From positions 1-64,000 of the forward strand of contig CAJNYD010000065.1 of assembly GCA_905331295.1 (NCBI GenBank): a DNA stretch of 64,000 nt. Reading direction: 5' to 3'. The notes beneath the pieces were generated by a model. The model saw only the letters and a list, made by a program, of their open reading frames with translations, was not told the DNA's origin and did no database searches. Position numbers and translations under genes: made by a program. This document shows positions 11,166 to 24,887 of the stretch, piece after piece; position 1 is the first letter of the stretch, and every line of letters starts with the position of its first letter. Origin of the DNA: Rotaria socialis. Lineage: Eukaryota.

Positions 11166-14100
11166 ATGACTGAAGCAATGATTGTTGATGAATCAAATAC
11201 GACAGCAATTACGACCGGTAAGTCAAAGTCTTTTCATTTTCTATTGATTTCTATTATATTCATTCATTATTTTACAATTTCTATTATTAATTCAAAAAAA
11301 ACTCGGTTTTGTTTTTTCTCTTTTCTTGTCCATGTTGCAGAGGAACATATGTCAATTGCATGAGTTTCGTCGATCTACATTCAACCATTGACGACAAAAA
11401 AAACTATTCATATTAGATAGAATTCAAAACGAAAAACATGTTTTATTTTGTTCTTTTATTTCTCCCTATTTTAGGTAACCAGCAATAATCTACTTACCAT
11501 TAAAATAAACGAGTCTTTTCTTCTTCTTTTTTGTTTATGCATATTCGTTGTTTTTTTTTCTCTTTTCTCTCTATCCCTTTTTCAGCTACAATATTTGAAC
11601 ATCTTATTCGTATGCCTGTGATCGTTTAAGAATTATTTATTCTCTAAGTTCGTAGATAAAAATATATCTATCTTTTTTTTAAATTTTATAGAGAATAATA
11701 ATGAATCGCAAACAGCAAACGGTATTGATAAGAAAAAGTATTCGATACAAAATATTCCACGTTTACCACGTGAACTTACACCATTTGCATCATTTTCACC
11801 TGCCATTGAGCTTCATCAACGTGGTCCATTATTTAAGGGACCAGGAGCAAAGCGTGATACAGGACGCTACAAAATTCGATCCGTTGATGAAGAAAATATT
11901 AAACGTGCAAAAAAATATGGTTTAGAACAAAGTGTTAAATATGTTCTTGTGAAACAACAACAGCAACAACAACGTGTACAATTAGATAATATTAAAAAAC
12001 AACAAGCACTGCTATTAATGTGTCGGTAAGACAATTAAAACAATTTCATTAGAAAAAAAGAATAAAACGATAATGATTTTTTTGCTTTTGGAGAATTTAT
12101 ATTGGTAGTATTAATTTTGAATTAAATGAAGCAATGCTTAAACAAGCATTTCAACCATTTGGACCAGTCAAAGCTGTTTCATTAACATTTGATCCAGTTA
12201 CTAATCGTCATAAAGGTTTTGCTTTTCTTGAATATGAAATACCTGAAGCAGCACAATTGTCTATTGAGCAAATGAATGGAGTTATTCTTGGTGGAAGAAA
12301 TATTAAAGTGAGAAAAATTTTAAAGAGCGATATTAGTTTTTTATTTTTTATTTTTCAAATAGGTTGGTCGACCATCGAATATGCCACAAGCTCAGCCCAT
12401 TATCGATCAATTAACTGAAGAAGCAAAAAATTACAATCGTATCTATATAGCTTCAATTCATCCAGATTTAACAGAAAATGATATTCAAAGTGTTTTTGAA
12501 GCTTTTGGTAAAATAAAAACTTGTACTTTGGCAAAAGATACAACAACGAGTAAACATAAGTAAAATAGTTATAGATTTTCTTTCTATGGCTAGGATATCA
12601 TTTCATGTATGTATGTGCATTTCTAGAGGTTATGGCTTTATTGAATATGAAACAGTTCAAGCAGCACAAGATGCAATTAGTTCAATGAATTTATTTGATC
12701 TTGGAGGTAGATTTTTTGTTGTTTTGGAGAGAATGTTTATTAAAAAATTTATTTTCGATTCCTCATAGGACAATTTCTTCGAGTTGGTAAAGCAATAACA
12801 CCACCTGAAGGTTTATTAACTACAACACCGACAGCAGCAACTTCGATGCCAACAGCTACTGCATTAGCTGTTGCTACAATTACAGCTCAATTACAGGCTA
12901 AAAATGTTGAGACTAATCCACAACCTACCATAGTATGTTTAATTTAGAAATATTTGATAAGATCTTGATGATTGATATATATGTATATATATATATATAT
13001 ATAATAGCATGTTTTTTAAATTATACATACATTGTTGAAATTTGAACTCTAATAGCTTCAACTATCTCTATAGTTTGTTTTCTAACTGGCATCTGTGCAG
13101 ATTCAAATGGATTAGAGGAATTTAATACACATATTTTTAGTGTTTATCCTAAGTCGTCGAGGACTCTATTAAATGTAGAATATCAAAAGACTCCAGTGAA
13201 AAATATTCGCTCATTTCAATCAAATTATTGTGCAACAAAATCCAATTCGCAATCCGATTGATAATTTTGATTTTAATCGACCACCATTTAACCCAAATTT
13301 AATGCTATTGCTAGCCCAGTGAAAATTAGTTTGATTAAAATCGGATTGTATTCCAGTAAAATCCACATTATCAATCGATTGATAATTCGAATTGTGCTAC
13401 AGAGCAATCAGATTTTAATCAAACTAATTTCCACTGGGCTAACAACAACATCACGTTTCGGTTCAATGGTGATCGATTATAATCAAAATTATCAATCCGA
13501 TCGTGGATTGGAGTTTGTTGCACAATAATTTGATTGAAATCAGCGAATATTTTTCACTGGGAAGTTAGTTTGAACTTCACCTATCTAATCTTATTCTATA
13601 TTTTTATCAGCGCTTATTTTAGAAATATTACCAGCCTTGTTTATTATTTATTCCCAACGTATATATAAACAGTAATCGTTGTTTCACGGTTCATAAGAGG
13701 GATAGATCTAACGAGACATGTACTGCTCTACGTCATCATTCAGATTGAAATATTTGTGAAATTCATTGAATTTCATTGTTCTTGTTTTTTCAGGCTGCTT
13801 CACAAATGATCAATAATCCAATAGCACAAGTTGGTTTTCTTGGTGGTCCGATTCCCCCAACTACTGTTGCTGCTACAATTTCTGCAGCGTCGTTTTCTGA
13901 TGCGACTGCTGTGACATCAAGTATAACTTAAATTGTTTTCAAATAATATTAAATTATTTTTAATTTTCTTTTTCTTTTCGATTAGTGATTTCCACTATAC
14001 TCAATCCAACTGCTGCTATAACAACTTCTATTTCACAACCTGTTACTCTTGGTGCACCTGGCATTCGTTCAAAGTAATTCTACTGTAATAGTTTACAATC

Positions 14101-15049
14101 GATTGATTATTTTCATTTCAAGTTTGTCTACATCGTCTTTAACTAATCTTACAACTTCATCCTCAGTACAAACGGTACAAGTTTCATCTCCGCAAGGTAA
14201 TAGTTCTTTTTGTTTTATACAAAGCAATGAACTGAATAAATTAATACCTATTCTAGTTAGTACTCCACCACCATCCGCAGCAACATTAATTCCTCAACCA
14301 ACTTTACTTGAAGAACCACCTGTCCCTGTTGGATTAAAAATTGATTTAGAACCAAAACCACAATATCCATCAATTTCACTTGTTCTACCAACAAATAAAT
14401 CGGAAACAACTGACAATCAAAAAACTATTTTAAGCTTAAATAATGCAGAAGATCCTACAGCAACTTTATCACAACAAGAAGAACTTAGTGTTAAAGGTAT
14501 ATATATATACATTTATTTATTTATGTTACACACAAAAAAACACACGTCTCAGGTTTCATTGTCCTTAATATTAGGTCGTGAACAAAGACATTTACTAATG
14601 CAAAAATTAAATCAACGTCGACTTGATTCACGTGTATGCGTATTAAGAAATATGGTTGGTCCTGAGGATGTTGATGATGATTTACAACAGGAAATAACCG
14701 GTACAATTTTCTTTAATTTGTTGTTGTATTGCGAAAATTTTATTTTATTTGTTTTTGCAGACGAGTGCTCGAAATATGGTGAAGTTATTAAAGTTGTTAT
14801 TTATACTGAACAACAAGGATATGATGATGATAATGCAGAACAAATCGTTAAAATTTTTGTTGAATTTCAAACTAGTAAACGTAAGTGTAATATTCTTTTA
14901 AATGATAATCTTTTTTAAAAATTTCTGTTTATTTTATAGAAGCAGAAAAAACGATTGAATCACTCAATGGACGATATTTTGCTGGTCGAATGATAAAAGC
15001 TGAGCTATATGACCAAATGGCATATCAAGCTGAAGACCTATCTGGTTGA
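11166..15049 (+). CDS. PUF60: Poly(U)-binding splicing factor PUF60/half-pint (2 RRM plus UHM), multi-exon
   Basis: AKKYGLEQS...[14 protein letters not shown]...[17 protein letters not shown]...[20 protein letters not shown]...[12 protein letters not shown]...[39 protein letters not shown]...KIFVEF...LNGRYFAGR. Confidence 0.97.
13193..13560. mobile_element. 368-bp foldback MITE in a PUF60 intron, with an inner unit (13312-13441) carrying similar termini
   Basis: ccagtgaaaaatattcgct...agcgaatatttttcactgg; complementarity continues to the centre atcaatcgattgat. Inner pair: tagcccagtgaaaattagtttgattaaaatc / gattttaatcaaactaatttccactgggcta. Confidence 0.9.
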
Positions 15050-15201
15050 AAAACGATAGATTCTTTTTTTGTATATGCTTCTTCTTTTTTTTTTTGTTAT
15101 ATAACAAATAAAAAATGACACATCTTTGATCATTCATATGAAATTCTATTTACTTTTTTTTTCGCTTCAACTGCAGATAAGAAATAACCTAAAATAAGAC
15201 T

Positions 15202-16938
15202 ATGAGATTTTCACCGATAGTGCGTTTTCTTTCATCGAATGGATTTTATGTTCATATTAAAAATAAAACTCCAAATTGGCAACCATTATTAAGCCAAGGT
15301 GAAAAAATAATCGGTTATCCATCATCGCTACATTCGTTAGTTAATCTCAAATATTTATTCAATGAAGAAGTGTCAACATTAGTTGGTTATTTAAGAAAAT
15401 TAGTTGGTACACAACATCCATTATTGAAACTTGCTACAAATATGTTGGATAGTCCACCGAAAACAGCACATTCACGATCATTGTTAGTTTTATTAATATC
15501 AAAAGCAGCTGGAATTCCACAAAAAAATTATCAAGAAGATATGATTAAACACGGCATCCACGAACATCAAAGACAACTAGCTGAATTAATTGAAATGAGT
15601 AATAATTTAACACTTGCTAGGAGTTTTAGTTCAAACAGTCCTAAAGTTTTATTGAATGAATGTTTTGTTTTTTGTTTTAGTTCACTTGGGTATTCTTGGT
15701 CATCGAGGTAATGATGATAATTGAATAAGAAAGTAAAACAATTTTATCTTTGTAGGTATTGTGGATTTAAAAGAAAATCAAAGTGATTTAGAACAAGGAA
15801 ATAAAGTCGCAGTCTTAGGTGGAGATTATCTCTTGTCACAAGCGTGTGGTAAATTAGCTGAATTTCGAAAACCTCAAGTAAAATAGAGTATTTCTATAGT
15901 TTTTTTAAAATTATTCTATCGTGTTTCTTAGGTTGTAGAAACGATTGGTCATGCAATTGCAGATATGTGTAAAGCAGAATTTTTTCTAAAAGATAAACAA
16001 TCACTTTCATCGTTAACAGAATGGTATCAACTAACTGCACTGTAAGTATTTGTTAGAACAATGTCTTAGTTTTGTGAGCCACGCTTTTCAAACGAGTTAT
16101 TTACGATCTGCTATGGTAGAAACTGATTAATTTTAACGACACAAAAATGCAAATTTTCTAAACATTGAAGATACAACAATATTTAGAATAGTGCACATGA
16201 TCACTTAGTCATGTCAAGTTGAAGCCTTTCTCACAATTGTTAGAGCTTTTCTTTCAAATGTAAAAGTTGGTTTTAATTGTACGATATGTTTTCCTTGTAG
16301 CAATGATATCGCGAGTGTTTCTATCATTGAATTCTAAATTATTCTTTAGCTTAGTTGATACCCCTAGGTTTTCTATTCTTAAACATATTATAATTAGTTT
16401 CTCTGAACTTAACTGAAGAAATTAATATCGAAATTAAAAATCACCTGAATCGTTTGTTATTGATTCAAAAGTATATGGTAAATTCTCTAAAGAAATTTAT
16501 TTTAGTTCTGTCGCAAATTTAGTTGCCTCTGGCTGTCGTGCTTCACTTCAATTAGTCGATCATTCAACATCATTTCAAGATCAAGCATATCACTTATGTC
16601 GGCATATTATATTTTCATGTATAATGTATAATGAAATATCTCAATATTCATCATCGATTTCTCATGATCCAGCATCTTTAACACTTTATGGAACAGTGTC
16701 GATGAACCGCTCATTTCCTTATTCACTCATGAATAAATCTACAACTGAAAATGTAGCATTAGAACAATTGAACAATGAAGAACTACTTGATCATTGTCGT
16801 GACCAATGTCTAGTAGAAAGTAATAAAGCATTAGATTTACTTAAAGAAAACTTTGATCAAAAATCATCCGCAACAAGTCTCATACGTTCAATTATTCAAC
16901 AAATTCAAGATGGTCTTTTTTCGAAAAAAGTTATTTAA
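15202..16938 (+). CDS. PDSS2: Decaprenyl-diphosphate synthase subunit 2-like (coenzyme Q side chain), multi-exon
   Basis: EKIIGYPSS...LRKLVGTQHPLL...LLVLLISKAAG...HQRQLAELIEMIH...HRGIVDL...GNKVAVLGGDYLLSQAC; lacks the first DDxxD motif, as in PDSS2. Confidence 0.9.
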
Positions 16939-16997
16939 ATATTGTTTGTTTTAGTTATTTCTTTTTCTTTAAAAGAAATAAAACTCAATAGTTTTGA

Positions 16998-18363
16998 TTA
17001 TATATAAATATTTGCAATTTTTTCGTTTGAATTTTCACTACCATAAACAGGTGTTCTTGGCCGTTTTGATTCATCAGCATCATTATGAGTATTCAAAAGT
17101 TGAATAGAAGCTTTTGTTTCTTGTTTTTGTTCATCATTTAATTGAGAATTTTCATTCGCATCATCATCATCATTGTTTACGCGACTTTGAACATGAATTA
17201 CATTTGTTGGTGTTTGATTAAGTTGTTTGCGTTTTTCTGATAGACGTGCTTCAATTTTTTCACGATGTTTTTGTTCAACACGCTCACGGCTAGAATACAT
17301 GAGGAAAAAGAAAGCAATGGTAGAAGAAGAAAAATGGAATCATCTTCTATTTACGCTAGATTAGCTTCATGAGCCTGGTCAATTATTTCACTTGTTTCCG
17401 TTATATTTTGAGCTCTAACTTTCTTTTCATTCATTTTTGTACGTATTGTATCATTTTGTCTTTGTCTTTCATGTTCCAATTTAATATCGATACTTCCAAT
17501 TTTCCCAATTAATTCTGCTGTTTGCTAAATAAGAAAAATCATGCTTTTGCCTTTTTTTATATTGAACAAAAAAATGAAATACTTTTTGAAGAATGTCACT
17601 ACTTAATTCATTATTCTTTCGATTGGTTTCTGCACGTTTTCGTCTCTCACGTCGACGAATATACTTAATCACGGCAACTTTATCCGATGGATGTTGTTGT
17701 TGATTTGCATCGTGCGTAAGAAGAGCTTCAAAATAAGCTTGATATGTCGCATTCATACCTGAATCTGGACTAAGATCAGCAAGAGCTTGAGTATCACGCT
17801 TTTGTCGCAGAAAAAGTGATAATGGAATTGCATTTTCTTTACGAACAGTGAATAAGAAGAAGAAATACAATGAAATTTCTTTGTTTTTTTTTGTCTATTT
17901 TTACCTTTTCTTCTTGGTGTTTCTGACTCTTTGTAGTTTTTAATTTGTTCGAGTTGTTTTCTATATTCATCTTGTCCACATCGAAGTTCTTCCAATGAGC
18001 TTCTTAATAGAGATCGACTTTCATCTAATGCAGCCACTATGCTTTTGCTATCTTCATTTTTTAGTGTTTCAAAGGCATGTAAGATAAGTTCCTGAAAAAC
18101 AAGTTTGTATTTAGATACACAAAAAGAAATAATTCGCATGATTTTCATCTTACTTCAGTTGGTTGAGTTAACGTTCCTAGATCAGGCGAGGATATTTTCT
18201 GTTGATCAGCAGTTTTAACTCTTTTCTCTGTTAGATTTATTGTTTGAGGCAATTCTTCTGTGAAAATTTCTTTTCTTGATTCTGGAGAACTTCGATCAGC
18301 TCTTGATAATGCTGATGAAATTTTTCGATCCTGTATAGGCGATAAATTTAAATTAAAATCCAT
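16998..18363 (-). CDS. Uncharacterised charged/coiled-coil protein, about 5 exons
   Basis: A chain of minus-strand ORF pieces separated by short GT-AG introns; E/K/R/Q-rich; no domain recognised. Confidence 0.75.
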
Positions 18364-20123
18364 CTTTATCGTGATAAAAACAATATTAAAGCTTCTGTTT
18401 CTTCGTTGAGTACTAAAAGAAAAAAAATATATTTAAGAGTTTAGTGAAATTAAAAGAGAAGGCGAACCATTCAAGATAAAAAATAAAATGGAAAAAAGTG
18501 AGAAAATGAATAGATGAAAATAGTGGTTCAATTTTTTTTCAAGTGTCAATCTTTTTCTTATTTTTCTCTTTAATTGAACATGAAAAATTCCCACTTCAAA
18601 TTTTCCTAAAACAAAGCAACAAGTATTCTGTTCAAAATAAAATTGCTCAATACAAGTGCAAAATTATAATTTTAGTCACTAGAAAAATACAAACGTGTCA
18701 ATTGTTCTGAAGAAGACATGCTTCTCTAATACTATCGTTTATTGAATAGTTTTTATTTTGAATGAAGTAGTTATTGTTACTTTTGCTATGATATTGTCAT
18801 GTATACTTTGTTAAAAACATTGCCGAATACAAGTTACATAAGAAAATGACGAATAACATTGATATCGTATTCGCTCATGATTACATATTAGATCAATTTG
18901 AAAATGTTATTTTATTCAAAAGAAAAACAACAATTTACTTTTATTTTTTTAATACATCAAGTAGAATAGAAAACAAGAATAACAGTGTGTATGCAAGATT
19001 CAGTACAAAAAATGATTGTCTCGACAAATTCCACGTTCAATAGAGCACTTTTTAAAAAACTGCACATCGATTTAAATGAATTACTAGTTTTTGCATTTTC
19101 TAAGATGACGTCGTACAAAAAAAATAAAGTTATTGAATTCAAACTGACTTAGTTAAAAATTACAATTGTTTAAATAGAATTTCATGAAAGTTTACAAAAA
19201 GATATTTTCTGTGCCACATTATCAGTTTAGAGAAAAAGGAAGTGTAAAAATAAATAATTAGAAATGATATTTTACTCTTGATGAAAAATTAATCGTGTTC
19301 TACTCAGGAAAATTAAAATGTACTTCTTCTCAATACAAAAAATAAATTCTAATTCTTTAGGCATTTTATTGTCGAGAACTTTGCTTTGATAAACGTCTAA
19401 TGAAAAACTATGTAGTACTCATCAAAATTTTAATAATGAAGAATATTATGATTTGTATTCTACATATTGATTTTGTTGACTTGAATAAGATTGCATTTAT
19501 CTATTAATTAATTTTGTTTTTCTTAATTTCTATTTTTAAACTTAAAAAAAAAAAAGAAACTGAAATTCATCGAACAACTGTGTTTAATTTTCAAGGAATA
19601 AATCGTAGATAACAATCCAATCGAAGTATTGAATGACTTGTTAAAGTTTTTAATAAAAGAAAAAAAAAAGAAATCGAAAATGATACTTCTTATAAATTTG
19701 GTATTCAATCATTATGAACAGGTGAGAACAAACAGGGTTATGTCATACAATCAAAGAAAAGGAAAACAAATGAATAAGAAAGACCTCGTGCTTCTTTAAC
19801 GAGTTATCGAACAGAAACTAAATTAATGGAATAGAAGTGTCGAGTGCCCATGAATGAAGAAAAAAAGGGAACATACTCTTTTTCGTATTGTATTTATAAT
19901 GACGTACATGATATAAACAGCACACAGAGACTTTTAAATGACTATTTTCTTTCTATGACCATACAAGCATGTGAAAGGTATAACGAATGATTATCATAAT
20001 TCGATTGTTATCGTTTATATAATCACCTATTGAAGTATGCATGACTTCTTATTTTTCATTCATATTCATAGGTAGTTAAATATTCATACATATATAATCC
20101 AAAGTTCATTCATTAACTTCGAT

Positions 20124-21293
20124 ATGTTGGAAATAAGTCGAATTTATCTTAGTAGTGGCTTATTATTGGCTATTTTTACATTAATATTTCATATCATCGC
20201 CATGGAATATCCACGATGGAAGTAAGTTTTCTTCCGTAGATTACAATTAAAATTAGTTTCTTTTGATATTATTGAGTGTGTCAAGTTGAAATTAATATTC
20301 TTTGCAAATATGCAAAGAAAATGAACTTCAATTTCAATCTATATATATATATATCAATTGATGAGATGATTTAAAAAATAACAACTATTTACTATTTATG
20401 CAGGCGTGAATTTCGAGGGTACTTGTACGTAGACATCAAGATCAAGAGAGTTCTTCTAAAGTTTCCCAACTACTTACATGATGAAATCTGTTTCATTGAA
20501 ACTTTTATGTAGTTTCTTTGAAAAGAAACTAAATCTGCTATAATTTAAAGAATTCTCTCTTTAGAATCTATGAACATCGTCGAAATCCTAATGAAACTAT
20601 GTTTATTGGTTTATTTCATCGTTGTGAAAATCGATTTCTAAATGGTATTTTGAATACAAGTAAAATCTATCTTGTTTGTGATAACAATAAATATTTACCA
20701 TCCAATAAAAATTTATCAACCTTGATACATAAAGTTCAGCCAGCCGAAGCTCAACGTCTTTGCAATGTAGCTGGTAATCCTTATGATTGTGATTATTCTT
20801 CCATAAACAAAACTTTTATATCAAGCACAATTATATCCATAATTACGCTTTGTTTATCGATTATTTCAATCTATTTACACTTACTTATTAATCAATTTAA
20901 ATATAAAACTCATGTTGGTGTAGCCATTACAACTATATCGCTTTTATTTATTGCATTTATATGTAATCTTATCACACTTATTTTACTTAGTTCAACAATG
21001 TCATTTGATTTATTTGAATATCGTTATAATTTAAATTATCGTTTAATTGAAAAAAGTACGTTAAACAGAGATATTTTGAAATTTTTGAGATACCATGTTT
21101 GTTTTATTCTATAGACCATCGAAATTCAACTAATGATTTTGAGCAAAATATTCGTCAAATAGCTGCTAGTGATTATGATATTCGACTTGATTGGTCAGCT
21201 GGCTTAGAGATTATTTCATTAATATTATCAAGTTTTACATTAGTATCGCAAATTCTCTATCTTTTCTCTACATATAGAAATCGTATCGGTTAA
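20124..21293 (+). CDS. Claudin/PMP22-superfamily four-TM protein, 3 exons
   Basis: Exon 1 MLEISRIYLSSGLLLAIFTLIFHIIAMEYPRW (TM1 plus W), then IGLFHRC (GLW-C-like motif), two hydrophobic helices, and LDWSAGLEIISLIL (TM4). Confidence 0.75.
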
Positions 21294-21402
21294 AAAAAAC
21301 AATTCATTTTTTTTTCGTTTGTAAAATCCTTTACAATATACTTTTTCTTTTGATTTATACTGTCACATTAGTCTTTTTTGAGATAAATATAAAAATTTTG
21401 TA

Positions 21403-23723
21403 TTAATTTCCTTGAAGACGATGAAGTGTTGATGTATCAGGTTTCCAAATGCCAGAATACGATCTATTCGGACGATGTTCTAGAGGAAAAAAATAGATAT
21501 TTTATCAATCTAGATTCGATTATGACGATTGTCGTTTTTGTCAAAAATCAAATGATTTTTATTAGCTATGTTTACCCGATGCATTTATTTCCTGTTGTCT
21601 ACCATAATTACGACGATCATTTTCTTTTTGTAATTCAAACATTCCATTAGCAGTAAATGCATCAAAATCATCTGGTAGAAAAATAAAATAAATCAACAAC
21701 AAAAAGTTTATTTTCATAACATTACCATGGATTTGTTGTTGACGTTTTCCTTGTGGTGTTGGTTGTTTAGTAAGTAATTTTATAGCATTTTCAAGACGGG
21801 ATTGTTTTGATTGTAATTCATTGATTTGCTTTTTCGATTCTTCTTCTTGACGTGATAATTTATTTTTTAGGTCACGAATTTTACGTGATTTAATGCTATC
21901 ATTGTGATTCAATGATTCTTTTGTTTTAATTGGTGGAAGTACTAGTTCCTTTCGTTGTTGTTCATCATTTTCATATTCATATTCATTTGTATTTTTTCGA
22001 TTATCCATAATTTCATTACGAACATTATCATCGTCATCATCATCATTATCATTAATTTGAAGTGATTCACCATTGGACTTTCGATTAAAACTTGATGACG
22101 ATCGTCCTAATTGTTTTGACTGTTGTTTTACTTTCGTTACTGATAATGATCGAGATCGTTGATGCTGCTCATCATTTTCTACTATATCAGTTTTTTCATC
22201 ATTTTCGTCATCTTGTTGATTTTGAACCTTTTCTTCAAATATATTATTTTTGTTACTTGCTGACTCTGTGTCAAACGATGAATATGAACGTCGATTATTA
22301 TTGTGATGCGGATGTTGATATGTTGCTGTATTTTGTTGTGATGAATTTGCATGATTATGATTTAATAGATTATTCCACGAGTCATCTAAATTATAATCAA
22401 CGTGTTGTTCTTCATTGATCGACTGTAAAGTTGATGGAGGACGATTAAGGGATTCTTTCACATATTTTTGTGATATTTGTTTCTCTTCATGTTTTTGTCT
22501 AAATTAAAATAAACTATACATAAATCTATATATCAGATGGCGTTAGAATATACTTTTCAACAAAATTCGATAATTCATTAAGATCAACTGGTTGTTGTGC
22601 TTGATTTGATGTACGTTCAGATTCTTTCAATCCTCGAAGTGCAGAAGTAATCATTGCACGGGCTTGTTCTTTTTCTTTTAAAATAAAAACAAATATCGAA
22701 ATGATAGATAATACAAAAAGTAAATGAACAAACCAGCTGTTGACGCTGAAACAAGCCAAGATTGAACATCTTCCAAATTACTTGTACCAAGAAGTTGACA
22801 AAGAACTTGCAACATCTAATTGATTTATAGAAATATCTTAACTATGCGATATTTTAATCATTATTTTCATGATTACTACTGTCTTCTGAGATTTATATTG
22901 ATTACGATCAACTATTATAGTTTTCAAATCTCACAAAAATTCTAAAGATTTTATTTTAGTTCCGTAATCTTTTTTTTTGGTTTTGTTTACATCGAATGTT
23001 TTCATCTGAAGCATTTTTTTGTTCTGGTTACTATTGATTCATTTCTTACCCACATATCTCTTTCATGTTCAGGTACATTAAATAGCATATCTGAATATGG
23101 TGTTGAATGTTTAGAACCTGTACGTCCTCGTGATTTTCCGGCTCCTTCATTAAAACGACCCGTTCGAGTTGAATAACGTGCGCCAGAGCGTGAAACATTT
23201 TGTTCATCAGCTGTTGTTGTTGATGGTGGTCTATTTTGACGCTTTTGCTCGTCTTTCTCAACACCAAGTCCACTAGCGTTCGCTAAACTAGATAATTCTT
23301 TTCGCCAACGTTCTGTATCTTGAACTTGAAAAAGAAAATACAGATATGTGAAAAATAACAATATGATAAACGACTTACTGACGCCGTACGTGTTCCAAAA
23401 GCCCATTGGTGGAACTAATCGTTCAACACGACGTGGAGTTTCAAACATAGGCACATTTGGTCGACTGAAACCGAGTGAAGTAACAGACGAAGCACGAACA
23501 ACTGATGGATCATCATTCACACTGCAAATCAATGCACCATTGAGTCCTTTTTTTAAAGACAATAAGAAATAATTGAAATAAATCATCTTGAACATCATTT
23601 CAAATAACCTTCAATATGTCGTACACGTTTAGGTTTAGCAGTATTTCGAGTAAAAAACATATTCGATGAAAGTTTTCCAAAGCGTGAACCACCGCGACTA
23701 GGTGTTGGATCGTATAGTGCCAT
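21403..23723 (-). CDS. TBATA: TBATA/SPATIAL-family protein with acidic and coiled-coil C-terminus, multi-exon
   Basis: SRFGKLSSNMFFTRNTAKPKRVRHIEGLNGALICSVND, ERWRKELSSLA, RYSTRTGR and LQVLCQLLGTSNLEDVQSWLVSAS.AEKEQARAMI match remembered TBATA blocks. Confidence 0.75.
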
Positions 23724-24180
23724 GTCTAATAAATGAGATGTTCATGCTTAAAATAAACAGTAAGCTTATACTTGCTAATTATCTTGATTTAAAAAAAAAT
23801 AGAAAAAGAAATCTTTTTGTTTCCTATTTACTGTTTTAAACGACGACAACTAAATGCACTATAGTAGACGTAACTATTCTTTTCGACGAGCAATTATATA
23901 TGTCAACACAACAAATCGAAAAGAAAAATTGAAACAATTACAAAAAAATATAACAACGCATACATTCACATTCTTTCGTTGCTTTTTTTTCTGTCATTAG
24001 AGCATGCCGTGTCCGTGTTCAACTCACGAAACCTAAAAAAACATTTCTGACGGGAAACCTTGTTTTGCATATGAAATTATATTTAAATGCAATGCTCAGT
24101 TTTATCATTTGTATTAAAAAAAATCATCAATAATTCAGGCATTCTCTTTCTATTTTTCTTTCTTTCTTTGCTTGGTTAAT

Positions 24181-24193
24181 ATATATATATATC

Positions 24194-24228
<35 letters not shown>
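24181..24228. repeat. (AT)n(GA)n microsatellite
   Basis: Read directly; similar (GA)n/(CT)n tracts occur near 35925-35960 and 53665-53689. Confidence 0.9.
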
Positions 24229-24887
24229 CATAATTGATCAAGGAGACCATTTGAAAGTTTTGTTGTTATTTTCAAATAATTCGATGTCTACGCGCCTACC
24301 AACATCTCTAAGCAACATTTACATCGTTCTGTCTTTGTGACACTCCTGGTAGCTTTTAAAGAACAAAAGATGATGAAAACAAAAAAACAAGCATTAAGCC
24401 ATTTATGTACATGTGCATACACAAGTTTTCTTTCCATCTCGTCTGCTCTGCTATAGTTACAACTATTTATGTTGACGGAGTTACAAATATTGATTTATTT
24501 TTACAAATAAAACGAAATAATAATCGATGCATGATATAATGACAAGAAATAAATATACACTCTCAATCTGTTGTTTTTTTCCTTCTTATTGTATATAAGA
24601 CTTCCGGATAGTTTCGGCTGGATTAACAACTAGTGCGTAGTAATCGAATTTTCCTGATTACAAACAAAAAGAAAAGAAAAGGAAAGAAAAGAAAAGAAAA
24701 GAGAAGAAAAGAACATTTATGGAAACGAGAAGACTAACACTGGTTGGGCTTGTCAATTTTGGTATGAGATCGATTTACATACAGATAAGATCAATCCTTG
24801 GAGATCTGCTCAGTTTTTTCTTCTCTCTATGTTGCTGTCTATAGACATTTTGTTGGCTTATTTGTTCACTCCTACCAGAATAAAGTT

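Noticed and set aside
13319..13528. 69-aa ORF within the PUF60 intron
   Set aside because: It lies entirely inside the palindromic MITE; a chance ORF.
22092..23572. Antisense and alternative-frame ORFs over real genes (also 9700-10029, 38095-38457, 51789-52094, 63086-63391)
   Set aside because: Shadow ORFs of coding exons with no independent protein signal.
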